Shown here one piece after another: positions 9,476 through 16,629 of a stretch of DNA of 64,000 bases. The notes below the pieces were generated by a model. It searched no databases and was not told where the DNA came from. It worked only from the letters and a program-made list of their open reading frames with translations. Within the stretch, counting starts at the first letter, position 1. Each line of letters begins with the position of its first letter. A program made the position numbers and the translations under genes. The stretch is taken from assembly GCA_016186795.1 (NCBI GenBank), contig JACPKY010000001.1, positions 65,357 to 129,356 on the forward strand. Direction: 5' to 3'. This DNA is from Candidatus Gottesmanbacteria bacterium. GTDB taxonomy: Bacteria > Patescibacteriota > Microgenomatia > 2-02-FULL-39-11.

Positions 9476-9549
9476 GCCTCCTTAGCTCAGTGGCAGAGCG
9501 ACGGTTTTGTAAACCGCTGATGACAGTTCGATTCTGTCAGGAGGCTCCA
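9476..9549 (+). tRNA. tRNA-Thr (anticodon UGU), CCA encoded
   Basis: Manual cloverleaf: acceptor GCCTCCT/AGGAGGC, D-arm GCTC-AGTGGCA-GAGC, anticodon stem ACGGT/ACCGC with loop TTTGTAA (anticodon TGT), T-arm GACAG-TTCGATT-CTGTC, discriminator T followed by CCA. Confidence 0.8.
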
Positions 9550-10053
9550 GCTGAGGTGGCGGAGTGGACAACTAAATTTTTTGATTTAGAATACATACAT
9601 CATGTAGCCACATTGATAAAAAAACTTTTTGGTATTGATTCAAAGATAGCAACATCGAACAGTGGGTATTACGTGGTATATTTTGGCTCAACGGAGACGG
9701 TACGATGGTTACTTGGAATGGGACTGGTCTTCAATAAGGTTAAGAGCCAAGTCAATGCACCGGATTGGATACTTTCTCAGAAAGAGTATATGAAATTTTT
9801 CTTAAAGGGATTTTTTGATACTGATGGCTCAGTATATAAATTACGATTTGGTATCCAATTGTCCTTTACGAACAGATCAATACCCTTATTGAATTCGTTG
9901 CGACGTTGTCTTTTCGTACTTGGTTTCAAACCATCAATTATCAGCTGTTACCATATATACTTGACAAGACGTGATGATGTGAGTAAGTTTTTCCGAGAAG
10001 TTGGTCCTGCAAACAAGAAACATAGAGAAAGATTTCGACTATTCCATATGTGA
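9490..10053 (+). CDS. LAGLIDADG homing-endonuclease-like ORF (possibly N-terminally degenerate; true start probably downstream of the tRNA overlap)
   Basis: Contains ...SQKEYMKFFLKGFFDTDGSVYKLRF..., a classic LAGLIDADG block (hydrophobic-K/A-G-F-x-D-x-D-G-S). Only one clear motif is present, at about residue 112. The annotated ATG lies inside tRNA-Thr, so the N-terminus is uncertain. It is intergenic between two tRNAs. Confidence 0.5.
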   Translation: MAERRFCKPLMTVRFCQEAPAEVAEWTTKFFDLEYIHHVATLIKKLFGIDSKIATSNSGYYVVYFGSTETVRWLLGMGLVFNKVKSQVNAPDWILSQKEYMKFFLKGFFDTDGSVYKLRFGIQLSFTNRSIPLLNSLRRCLFVLGFKPSIISCYHIYLTRRDDVSKFFREVGPANKKHRERFRLFHM

Positions 10054-10066
10054 GATGCCCTTATTA

Positions 10067-10149
10067 GCCAGGATGGCTGAGTGGACTAAAGCACGAGACT
10101 GTAAATCTCGCGCCGTAAGGCTTCCTAGGTTCGAATCCTAGTCCTGGCA
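10067..10149 (+). tRNA. tRNA-Tyr (anticodon GUA), long variable arm, no encoded CCA
   Basis: Acceptor GCCAGGA/TCCTGGC, anticodon stem CGAGA/TCTCG with loop CTGTAAA (anticodon GTA), long variable arm CGCCGTAAGGCTTC, T-arm CTAGG-TTCGAAT-CCTAG, discriminator A. Confidence 0.8.
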
Positions 10150-10185
10150 CTGAAGAGGATTTTGGCCCATGTCAGTTTAGACATG

Positions 10186-10722
10186 TCACTTTAGGATAGT
10201 GATATTTGGTTGGCCAATCGGCAGATCTGATTTGGCCGGATCCCAAAGTAAGTAAACTTTCCCATACGTCTCATTTAACATTTCCACCACTTTGGCTGCT
10301 TCCGTTTCTGATAAATCAGGAAGTTTCGCATTGATTTTGGGAATCTCCTCTCTATGATAATGCCACAACTTTTGTTCGCCAGCGGTTAATCCTTTCCACG
10401 TATTTGTATCGACCACCGTCTCTACTCCTACAAGTCTTGCGTCTTTATCATCTGAATCGTACAGCTGACACTCAAACATACCGCCTTTGACCTGTTTACA
10501 GAAGTGATGTGCTATTTTTTTCTCATCAGCTGGGAAATGTTTCTCTGCATCAATATGAAGAGTAAATCCTTGGTATGGTTTATTTTCTACCTGAGTCATG
10601 GGAGAAGGCTGTGGTGTTTGTGTTGTTGTAGGGCTAACAGTTGCACCGCCTCTTACTACATATCCTAAAACTGCGCCAACGATCAGTACTACTCCTAGCA
10701 TCATCCATTTATTTTGTTCCAT
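10186..10722 (-). CDS. Hypothetical membrane-anchored protein (about 179 aa from the internal start)
   Basis: Best start is MEQNKWMMLGVVLIVGAVLG (TM helix), preceded by an AAGGAAGGGGGTGAG RBS on the minus strand. The longer ORF to 10860 lacks an RBS. Thr/Pro linker, then a His-rich soluble domain (HHFC...WHYH). Confidence 0.45.
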   Translation of the reverse strand: MEQNKWMMLGVVLIVGAVLGYVVRGGATVSPTTTQTPQPSPMTQVENKPYQGFTLHIDAEKHFPADEKKIAHHFCKQVKGGMFECQLYDSDDKDARLVGVETVVDTNTWKGLTAGEQKLWHYHREEIPKINAKLPDLSETEAAKVVEMLNETYGKVYLLWDPAKSDLPIGQPNITILK

Positions 10723-10810
10723 GTTTTTGGAACTCACCCCCTTCCTTTGTGATATACGCCACAACAAGTTTTTACTATAAAACTTTACCTTTTGCAATCT
10801 GGTATAATAA

Positions 10811-11023
10811 TTGTGTATGAAAAACGTCATTTCGATGCCGAAAGTATTCCAAGACCCCAAGTATCGGGGAAAACATATTATTCTCGCAGCTGGAAAAGTA
10901 TATACGGCTACTACTGGTGAGCAAGCGGCAAAAATTTTGAAGCGTCTGGAAAAAACACACCCCGAAGTAACCCCAGAAGTGGCCTATCTCCCCAAAGCTC
11001 GTTCCCTTATCTTATGGATGTAA
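10811..11023 (+). CDS. Small hypothetical protein (about 60-70 aa), conserved-looking partner of the downstream aspartic protease
   Basis: MPKVFQDPKYRGKHIILAAGKVYTATTGEQAAKILKRLEKTHPEVTPEVAYLP. Overlaps the start of the retropepsin-like gene by 10 nt, which suggests translational coupling. Confidence 0.45.
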   Translation: MCMKNVISMPKVFQDPKYRGKHIILAAGKVYTATTGEQAAKILKRLEKTHPEVTPEVAYLPKARSLILWM

Positions 11024-11424
11024 AATTTTCCTTCGAAGATGGAGGAAAAACTGCTCTTGGTCACATTTATCGACCCATTGCCAAAGTCACTTTTCATTCA
11101 CCAAAAGTAGAAAAAGCCGTTGATGTTTGGATGGTGGTTGATACTGGAGCAGACTATACTATACTTCCCCGTCATATTAGTAAAAAACTGCGTATTTCTT
11201 TTAAATCTGACTGTATCAAAGATAAAACCTTTGGTGTGGGAGGAAATCAAACAATTTATTTTTATAAATCGAAACTGAAAGCGACCATCGGATCAATTGA
11301 AAGAAAAATTCCGATTGCTTTTTTTGATAACAATGAAATTCCTCCTCTGTTAGGACGCCTCGGATTTTTGGAATCATTTGATACGGAGTTTCTAAAAACC
11401 CATATTGTAATCTTCAAAGACTAA
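11014..11424 (+). CDS. Retropepsin-like (clan AA) aspartic protease, 136 aa
   Basis: VWMVVDTGADYTILP contains the D-T-G-A active-site signature of single-domain retroviral-type aspartyl proteases. Size fits a homodimeric bacterial retropepsin-like protein. Confidence 0.6.
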   Translation: MDVKFSFEDGGKTALGHIYRPIAKVTFHSPKVEKAVDVWMVVDTGADYTILPRHISKKLRISFKSDCIKDKTFGVGGNQTIYFYKSKLKATIGSIERKIPIAFFDNNEIPPLLGRLGFLESFDTEFLKTHIVIFKD

Positions 11425-11425
11425 A

Positions 11426-12385
11426 ATGAAGATCATCGTAAGTTTGGGAATAATTCTAGTTGTAATACTTTTTGTAGTAAGCCTCTATTTCCTAGCTCCG
11501 ACAGGTTTTTCCGATGAAAAAATTCGTATCGTTCGCCCGCTCGATTTTCCTGCCGATACCATTTTTTCACAATTGGAAGATCAGAATCTTATCCGGTCGA
11601 AAACACTTCTTTCACTTCTCCTTTTCGTACTAAAACCCGGAGGAACTATTGAACCAGGAGCCTATCAACTCTCACATCGCATGAATCTATTCCAAATCGC
11701 AGACACTCTCCTCAATCACCCGTATCAGAAATGGGTAACTCTTATACCCGGTCTCAGAAAAGAGCAGGTTGCAGAAAAATTGGCAGAAAAATTTTCATGG
11801 AAAGATTCGCAAACGAAAGAATTTCTTGAAATTGCGAAGGAAGGATACCTTTTCCCGGACACGTATTTACTAAACGTCGATTATTCTCCTGAGGAAATGT
11901 ACCAGCGGATACTTTCCAATTTCAACGAAAAATTTGATGCGCAAATGCAAAAGGATTTACTTTCCCAAAACATTCGAAATGATACGGCAATCAAAATTGC
12001 CTCCCTCATCGAACGAGAAGCAGGTGGAGAAGATGATAAAGCATTGATTGCCGGTATCATTTGGAACCGGCTGAATAAGAATATGAAGCTGCAAATAGAT
12101 GCGACGATTCAGTATGCTATGGGAAAAGGTCATGGCTTTCCTGCCGATAGTTGGTGGCCGGAAGTTTCCCATGATGATATTCTCACAAATGAATCACCAT
12201 ACAACACGTATAAATATGAAGGACTTCCCCCAGGACCAATTGCTAGCCCTTCGCTTTCTTCAATCAAATCCGTTGTCTATCCCCAAGAAACCGATTGCCT
12301 CTACTACCTCCATGATGCTAATAAACAAATCCACTGTGCCGAAACTTACGAAGAACATCTGGAGAATATCAAAAATTATTTGTAG
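11426..12385 (+). CDS. mltG: Endolytic murein transglycosylase MltG (YceG family)
   Basis: N-terminal TM (IIVSLGIILVVILFVVSLYF). YceG-like body with EAGGEDDKALIAGIIWNRL, LQIDATIQYA and YNTYKYEGLPPGPIASPS motifs typical of MltG. Confidence 0.85.
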   Translation: MKIIVSLGIILVVILFVVSLYFLAPTGFSDEKIRIVRPLDFPADTIFSQLEDQNLIRSKTLLSLLLFVLKPGGTIEPGAYQLSHRMNLFQIADTLLNHPYQKWVTLIPGLRKEQVAEKLAEKFSWKDSQTKEFLEIAKEGYLFPDTYLLNVDYSPEEMYQRILSNFNEKFDAQMQKDLLSQNIRNDTAIKIASLIEREAGGEDDKALIAGIIWNRLNKNMKLQIDATIQYAMGKGHGFPADSWWPEVSHDDILTNESPYNTYKYEGLPPGPIASPSLSSIKSVVYPQETDCLYYLHDANKQIHCAETYEEHLENIKNYL

Positions 12386-12870
12386 TATAAAAGAAATATA
12401 TGAAGAAACTTTTTAATTGGGAACTTATTCTTTTTTCGGCAATTCTGTTCGTGGGAGTGGGCCTGACACAACTTTCCTCGATGAGTTTCTTGGATATCCA
12501 ACTCCCTTCAAATTTATTCAATACACAACCAAGTGTAACCCCTACCCCAACGCCTGAATCGTAAATTATTTTCGAAGTAAAAGAGGAAGAAAATGGCCAA
12601 TAACGCCTATCGCCAAAAATGACAACCCCCACCTTAAAGGATGTCCTCCAACTATCGGGTATGTAATAAGAATTCCCACTCCAACCCCGGCACACCAATG
12701 AATAACTGCATTGTAGTTTTCATGTTCCTTAAAGTAATCGCGCAGTTTTTGAAAATATGATTGCACAAAAATCACCCCTGAATACATTGTGAAAGATCGT
12801 ATAAACAAAGTCAATTGACTTTAGATTATTGAGGAATGGACGTATATTCTGATAGAATAAGACGTCTTTT

Positions 12871-12952
12871 GCCGAGGTGGCTCAGTGGTAGAGCGAGTAC
12901 TTGGTAAGTACTAGGTCACGGGTCCAATTCCCGTCCTCGGCTCAGAAATTTT
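12871..12952 (+). tRNA. tRNA-Thr (anticodon GGU) with atypical T-loop (TCCAATT)
   Basis: Acceptor GCCGAGG/CCTCGGC, D-arm GCTC-AGTGGTA-GAGC, anticodon stem AGTAC/GTACT with loop TTGGTAA (anticodon GGT), T-stem ACGGG/CCCGT. Position 55 is C rather than U, which is unusual. Confidence 0.7.
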
Positions 12953-12992
12953 GTTGAGTCAGATAAACGGTCCCGACTCAGTCGGGATTGAC

Positions 12993-13030
12993 TGTGGGTT
13001 CGATTCCCACCTCAGGCTCACAACGCGACC
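12993..13030 (+). other. tRNA-like 3' fragment (canonical T-arm plus 3' acceptor strand plus CA) lacking a matching 5' acceptor strand
   Basis: GTGGG-TTCGATT-CCCAC, then CTCAGGC-T-CA, sits 40 nt after tRNA-Thr(GGU). No GCCTGAG 5' partner exists nearby. It could be a pseudo-tRNA or an integration-site remnant. Confidence 0.3.
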
Positions 13031-13060
13031 CTAGAAATGGGCTTTTGGTGAATATTATAT

Positions 13061-13318
13061 CTATTGATTGATAACGTAATAGTCAATGAGTCGGCGTATC
13101 ATTGCTTGATAAGATGCTTTGTGTTTTTTGGCAACGCTCTTAAAAAAATCTAGGCTTTTCGAAGTCAACGTCAATGTTACGCGCGTTTTTTTCTCCTTAA
13201 GAATAAGATCTTCAGGCTTAGGGAGAAAATCGCTTACCACTCGTGCTTCAATTGGTTCGTTATTGTACCTGATTTTGCTTTTCATAGATTTTTTTCCCCT
13301 TTCTCCAGTAACCGGCAC
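13061..13318 (-). CDS. brnA: BrnA-type antitoxin (CopG/RHH-like)
   Basis: MKSKIRYNNEPIEARVVSDFLPKPEDLILKEKKTRVTLTLTSKSLDFFKSVAKKHKASYQAMIRRLID matches BrnA family antitoxins. Overlaps the 3' end of the upstream BrnT gene. The true start is probably the internal MKSKIRY at 13285. Confidence 0.6.
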   Translation of the reverse strand: MPVTGERGKKSMKSKIRYNNEPIEARVVSDFLPKPEDLILKEKKTRVTLTLTSKSLDFFKSVAKKHKASYQAMIRRLIDYYVINQ

Positions 13319-13544
13319 CGATTATTCGAATACGGTTTGCCCGGTAGGTAAATCGGACAGTTAGTACACCTCCTTTCACTTTTCCAAAAACATAATATCT
13401 TTTTTCTTTTTTACTATGTGATGTATCTTCGGCAACAATACGCATTGGATCTATAAATGCATATTGAGCCGTCTCAAAATCTACTCCATGTTTTTCTACA
13501 TTTTCACTATTTTTCTTCTCATCCCACTCAAATGAAGTTTTCAT
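13260..13544 (-). CDS. brnT: BrnT-family toxin (DUF497 ribonuclease toxin)
   Basis: FEWDEKKNSENVEKHGVDFETAQYAFIDPMRIVAEDTSHSKKEKRYYVFGKVKGGVLTVRFTYRANRIRIIGAGYWRKGKKIYE follows the DUF497/BrnT consensus (F.WD..KN..N..KHGV.F.EA...F.DP; ...IRIISAR...E...YE). Confidence 0.7.
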   Translation of the reverse strand: MKTSFEWDEKKNSENVEKHGVDFETAQYAFIDPMRIVAEDTSHSKKEKRYYVFGKVKGGVLTVRFTYRANRIRIIGAGYWRKGKKIYEKQNQVQ

Positions 13545-13645
13545 ATAGGTATGACTATTTTTCATATATTTTAGCATATATTTATATGAAATATCAATCC
13601 ACAAAAAAGCACCAAAATAAGAAATCTGCTACAATAGTCTAGCTT

Positions 13646-14446
13646 ATGCAGTCTACAAAATCTCGCATCGATATCGCCCGTGAAGGGTTTATGAAGAAGG
13701 AGAAAGATCTTTCTCTTGCCGCACATACCAAAAAAACAATTCAAGCATCGATAAACCACAAAGAAGGCCACAAGACGAGCTTTAATCTTCCTGAGATTAT
13801 TTTAGGCGGACAAGATGGACTGGTGAATGTCTTGGGGGTGATACTCGGAGTTGCAGCAGCAACTGGAGATACCCGAATCGTTGTTATTGCCGGACTTGCG
13901 GCCACATTTGCTGAAAGTATTTCCATGGGAGCTGTTGCCTACACCGCAACTCTTGCTGAAGTCGACTATTACCACTCAGAGCATGAAAGAGAAAAATGGG
14001 AAATAGAACACTTTCCAAAAGGCGAAAAAGAAGAAGTACGAAGTCTCTATAAGCGATATGGATTCAAGGGAGATCTTTTAGAAAAAATTGTCGACACAAT
14101 TACGTCTGATAAAAAGGTCTGGTTGGAGGTTATGATGAATCAAGAACTCAAACTCGAACCTGTGGATCGAGGAAGCGCACTGCAAAAGGCGTTCATCGTG
14201 GGAATTTCTGCAGTCATCGGATCGTTCATCCCTCTTACCCCCTATTTTCTTTTTTCGGTAAAAGACGCAACAGTCGTCTCGCTTTTTTTCTCGGCTTTTG
14301 TCCTTTTTGCAATCGGATACTATAAAGCGCGGGTAACACTTGGAAGGAAACTCATAAGTCAAGGTCTGCAGATGATGGTCATTGGAATGGTATCGGCAAT
14401 CGTGGGATACTTTATCGGGACACTTTTTAAAATAACTGGGTTCTAA
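13646..14446 (+). CDS. VIT1/CCC1-family (vacuolar iron transporter-like) membrane protein
   Basis: GGQDGLVNVLGVILGVAAATGDTRIVVIAGLAATFAESISMGAVAYT is the hallmark N-terminal TM block of the VIT family (PF01988). A C-terminal second TM bundle is present. Confidence 0.6.
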   Translation: MQSTKSRIDIAREGFMKKEKDLSLAAHTKKTIQASINHKEGHKTSFNLPEIILGGQDGLVNVLGVILGVAAATGDTRIVVIAGLAATFAESISMGAVAYTATLAEVDYYHSEHEREKWEIEHFPKGEKEEVRSLYKRYGFKGDLLEKIVDTITSDKKVWLEVMMNQELKLEPVDRGSALQKAFIVGISAVIGSFIPLTPYFLFSVKDATVVSLFFSAFVLFAIGYYKARVTLGRKLISQGLQMMVIGMVSAIVGYFIGTLFKITGF

Positions 14447-14497
14447 AAAACCATCCGTATTGCGGAAATCTTCTCGCTTGTATATAATTGCCGAACT

Positions 14498-14671
14498 ATG
14501 GCAAAGAAAGAAAAACGTGTCGTCATTGCTCTTGTCTGTACTGTTTGCAAAAGCCAAAATTACATAACGTCAAAAAATAAGTTAAACCAAAAAGAGAAAC
14601 TCGTACGGAGCAAATTCTGCAAGCATTGTCGCAAACATACCCAACACAAAGAGACGGAGAAGCTGGACTAA
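14498..14671 (+). CDS. rpmG: 50S ribosomal protein L33
   Basis: MAKKEKRVVIALVCTVCKSQNYITSKNKLNQKEKLVRSKFCKHCRKHTQHKETEKLD carries the L33 pattern (MAK...I.L.C..C..NY.T.KNK....L.L.K.C..C..HT.HKE.K). It is below the 60-aa cutoff of the ORF track. Confidence 0.8.
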   Translation: MAKKEKRVVIALVCTVCKSQNYITSKNKLNQKEKLVRSKFCKHCRKHTQHKETEKLD

Positions 14672-14674
14672 GCC

Positions 14675-15235
14675 ATGCCTAAAGGTACTGCATATCTTTT
14701 CATTGTCCTTTCTGCACTTGCATTTTTCCTGATTGGCTTTAATGCGGGCAAGATTCTTGGTCCCAAAAATGAAAGTATCACCATACTTCCTTCTCCAACA
14801 CCTTTTCCGCCAACACCCACCCCTTCACTCCTCCCTACCCTTCCATTGAAAGAGTCGACATCTTCGGGGCAAGTACAGGGAACATCAACATACACCAACA
14901 GGTCATGCGGATTTTCATTCTCCTATCCGGGATCGTACCTAAACCAAAAATCGGTCAATAACCAATCGATTATTCTGACCGACCCAAATAATCCAAATCT
15001 GGCAATAGCAACAACGTGTGCTGCACGACTACCAAAACCCTCCATAGGGCCTGAAAATATTGAGATTATTACTCTTGGCGGAGAAACGGCAACCCTCTAC
15101 CATGATAAAGATGAAGAAGGAAATCCGAGGGAAGATGTGTTTGTTACTCACCCGGAAACTGGGATGGAAATTATCATTGCCGGCTTTGGCGCAGCCTTCC
15201 AAAGCGCTCTTTCTACCTTTAAATTTATTCGATAA
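14675..15235 (+). CDS. Hypothetical membrane-anchored extracellular protein
   Basis: TM helix (YLFIVLSALAFFLIGF), then a PSPTPFPPTPTPSLLPTLP linker and a soluble domain. Its start is 4 nt after the rpmG stop. First gene of a tight plus-strand four-gene block. Confidence 0.5.
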   Translation: MPKGTAYLFIVLSALAFFLIGFNAGKILGPKNESITILPSPTPFPPTPTPSLLPTLPLKESTSSGQVQGTSTYTNRSCGFSFSYPGSYLNQKSVNNQSIILTDPNNPNLAIATTCAARLPKPSIGPENIEIITLGGETATLYHDKDEEGNPREDVFVTHPETGMEIIIAGFGAAFQSALSTFKFIR

Positions 15236-15250
15236 GCCCCATTTTTTGGT

Positions 15251-16045
15251 ATGCTGATGAAGCTCCACGGGCTTACGCCCGTGGTATCTTCAAATTCTTC
15301 GGCGAGCGGAATCCGCCGAAGCATAAAAACCTCGCTATCGTTATTGCAAATGGTTGTACTCCCCTGTAAAATTAATCAACTCATGTATCAATTCATCTTC
15401 CTAAAAAGTGCCATTTCTCACACTACAACGACCGAACTCGTATTGGCACTTGTTCAGAAAATCTCGGAACCGGGCCTCACAGTTCAAATACTCAAGCTCC
15501 CATATACTTCAAAGGTACCTGTCAAAGCCAACTACCTGAAAGAGCTGTACCTTTCACCGGATCTTTTCTCTTCTCTCCCCATAGAAAAATTGACAGCTGA
15601 GGAAATCCAGTCTGACGAATTCATTATCCATTTCCCATTCAAAGGCCAATCTCTTGACCCTCTCGATAACCGTTTTGGAGACCTCTTTGGAACTCTTGTA
15701 CGAGTCAACCACATGCTCTTTCCCCTTCCCCACACCGACCTTATAACACTAAACACCTCCGTCGACAGCCTGAGTGTAAGCCGATTTGCAACAGACTCAT
15801 CAACCCCCCAGAAACTCTATACCACCGAGCCTTTTTATCAATCTCTGGACCCAAACACCAACCCCGCATCTATCCAATGCCAAGTTAGAGACCCGAAAAC
15901 GGGGAGGCAATATTCTCGTGAAATTCAACTCAGTAACACAGGATTATCTTTTGACCTAGATCTTTCCGACCCTCTCAGAGAGGAACCAATAAGAGAAAAA
16001 TTTGCCCAATCAGGGCTTGCACTCGTATCATCACTCCTATGTTAA
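15251..16045 (+). CDS. Hypothetical protein (264 aa)
   Basis: Long ORF tightly packed with its neighbours (16-nt gap upstream, 7-nt overlap downstream). No recognisable motif. Confidence 0.4.
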   Translation: MLMKLHGLTPVVSSNSSASGIRRSIKTSLSLLQMVVLPCKINQLMYQFIFLKSAISHTTTTELVLALVQKISEPGLTVQILKLPYTSKVPVKANYLKELYLSPDLFSSLPIEKLTAEEIQSDEFIIHFPFKGQSLDPLDNRFGDLFGTLVRVNHMLFPLPHTDLITLNTSVDSLSVSRFATDSSTPQKLYTTEPFYQSLDPNTNPASIQCQVRDPKTGRQYSREIQLSNTGLSFDLDLSDPLREEPIREKFAQSGLALVSSLLC

Positions 16046-16338
16046 AGAAAAAGTCCCTCATACGAGAAATTCTTGTTGCAGATTGTCCTGTCTGCAAAGA
16101 AGATTTTTCCCTGGACTGCACCAACACCGCACCGTCACGGGGTGACTACGGTCTTTTCTTCCTTTATCCCCCTCTCAACAAAAGAACTCCCAGTGAAAAA
16201 TTTGCAGAACTAAACGAGCAATTACGAACAGAGTCTCCTTGCAAAGTAATCGAGGTCTGGGAAGAAAAACTCGAAGAGCACAGAAAAAACTGTCAAGGGC
16301 AGATCACAATTCAAGGACTCGAAACGAAGCCAAGCTGA
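16039..16338 (+). CDS. Hypothetical small protein with CxxC pair (99 aa)
   Basis: CPVCKEDFSLDC near the N-terminus and a C-terminal CQGQ. Overlaps the upstream gene by 7 nt. Confidence 0.4.
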   Translation: MLKKKSLIREILVADCPVCKEDFSLDCTNTAPSRGDYGLFFLYPPLNKRTPSEKFAELNEQLRTESPCKVIEVWEEKLEEHRKNCQGQITIQGLETKPS

Positions 16339-16344
16339 ACTACT

Positions 16345-16602
16345 ATGTCATCAACGTATCTGGTCTTCACTTGTCATAAATGCCAAAAAAGCCTCCAACT
16401 ATACCAAAAGTCTGAAGTAGACGTAACCTTGGTCGGATCACTTCTGAAAGAAAAAAACCAAAAAACAATTCGAACCGTTGGGATACTTTTGGTATGTCAA
16501 CAAAACATCCGCCACTTTCATCACTGGCTTGACGAAATTGTCATGCACCGTGTCGCGTGTGACGGAAGCGTGGAATTCGGCGGCCAGGGATTCCTTGACT
16601 AG
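16345..16602 (+). CDS. Hypothetical small protein with CxxC (85 aa)
   Basis: FTCHKCQKSLQLY. Begins 7 nt after the previous gene. Last member of the four-gene block. Confidence 0.35.
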   Translation: MSSTYLVFTCHKCQKSLQLYQKSEVDVTLVGSLLKEKNQKTIRTVGILLVCQQNIRHFHHWLDEIVMHRVACDGSVEFGGQGFLD

Positions 16603-16629
16603 TTTCTCGTATCGATCACCATTTTACGT

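Noticed and set aside
9413-9520. Upstream frame translating the tRNA as ...ASLAQWQSDGF (superficially LAGLIDADG-like) as a possible first endonuclease motif
   Set aside because: It is simply the universal tRNA D-arm sequence (tagctcagtgg...) read as protein. It is a 35-codon ORF ending in a stop, so it is a coincidence and not a domain.
10186-10860. Specific DUF1264 assignment for the membrane-anchored His-rich protein
   Set aside because: It is recalled only vaguely from the HHFC/WHYH motifs. Confidence is not sufficient to name the family, so it is left as hypothetical.
12953-13030. Second complete tRNA gene after tRNA-Thr(GGU)
   Set aside because: It has a perfect T-arm and 3' acceptor strand, but no complementary 5' acceptor strand. 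With 7-bp acceptor pairing it would need GCCTGAG upstream, which is absent. The only pairing found (TGAGTC/GGCTCA) leaves 3 unpaired nt between T-stem and acceptor. It is reported only as a tRNA-like fragment.
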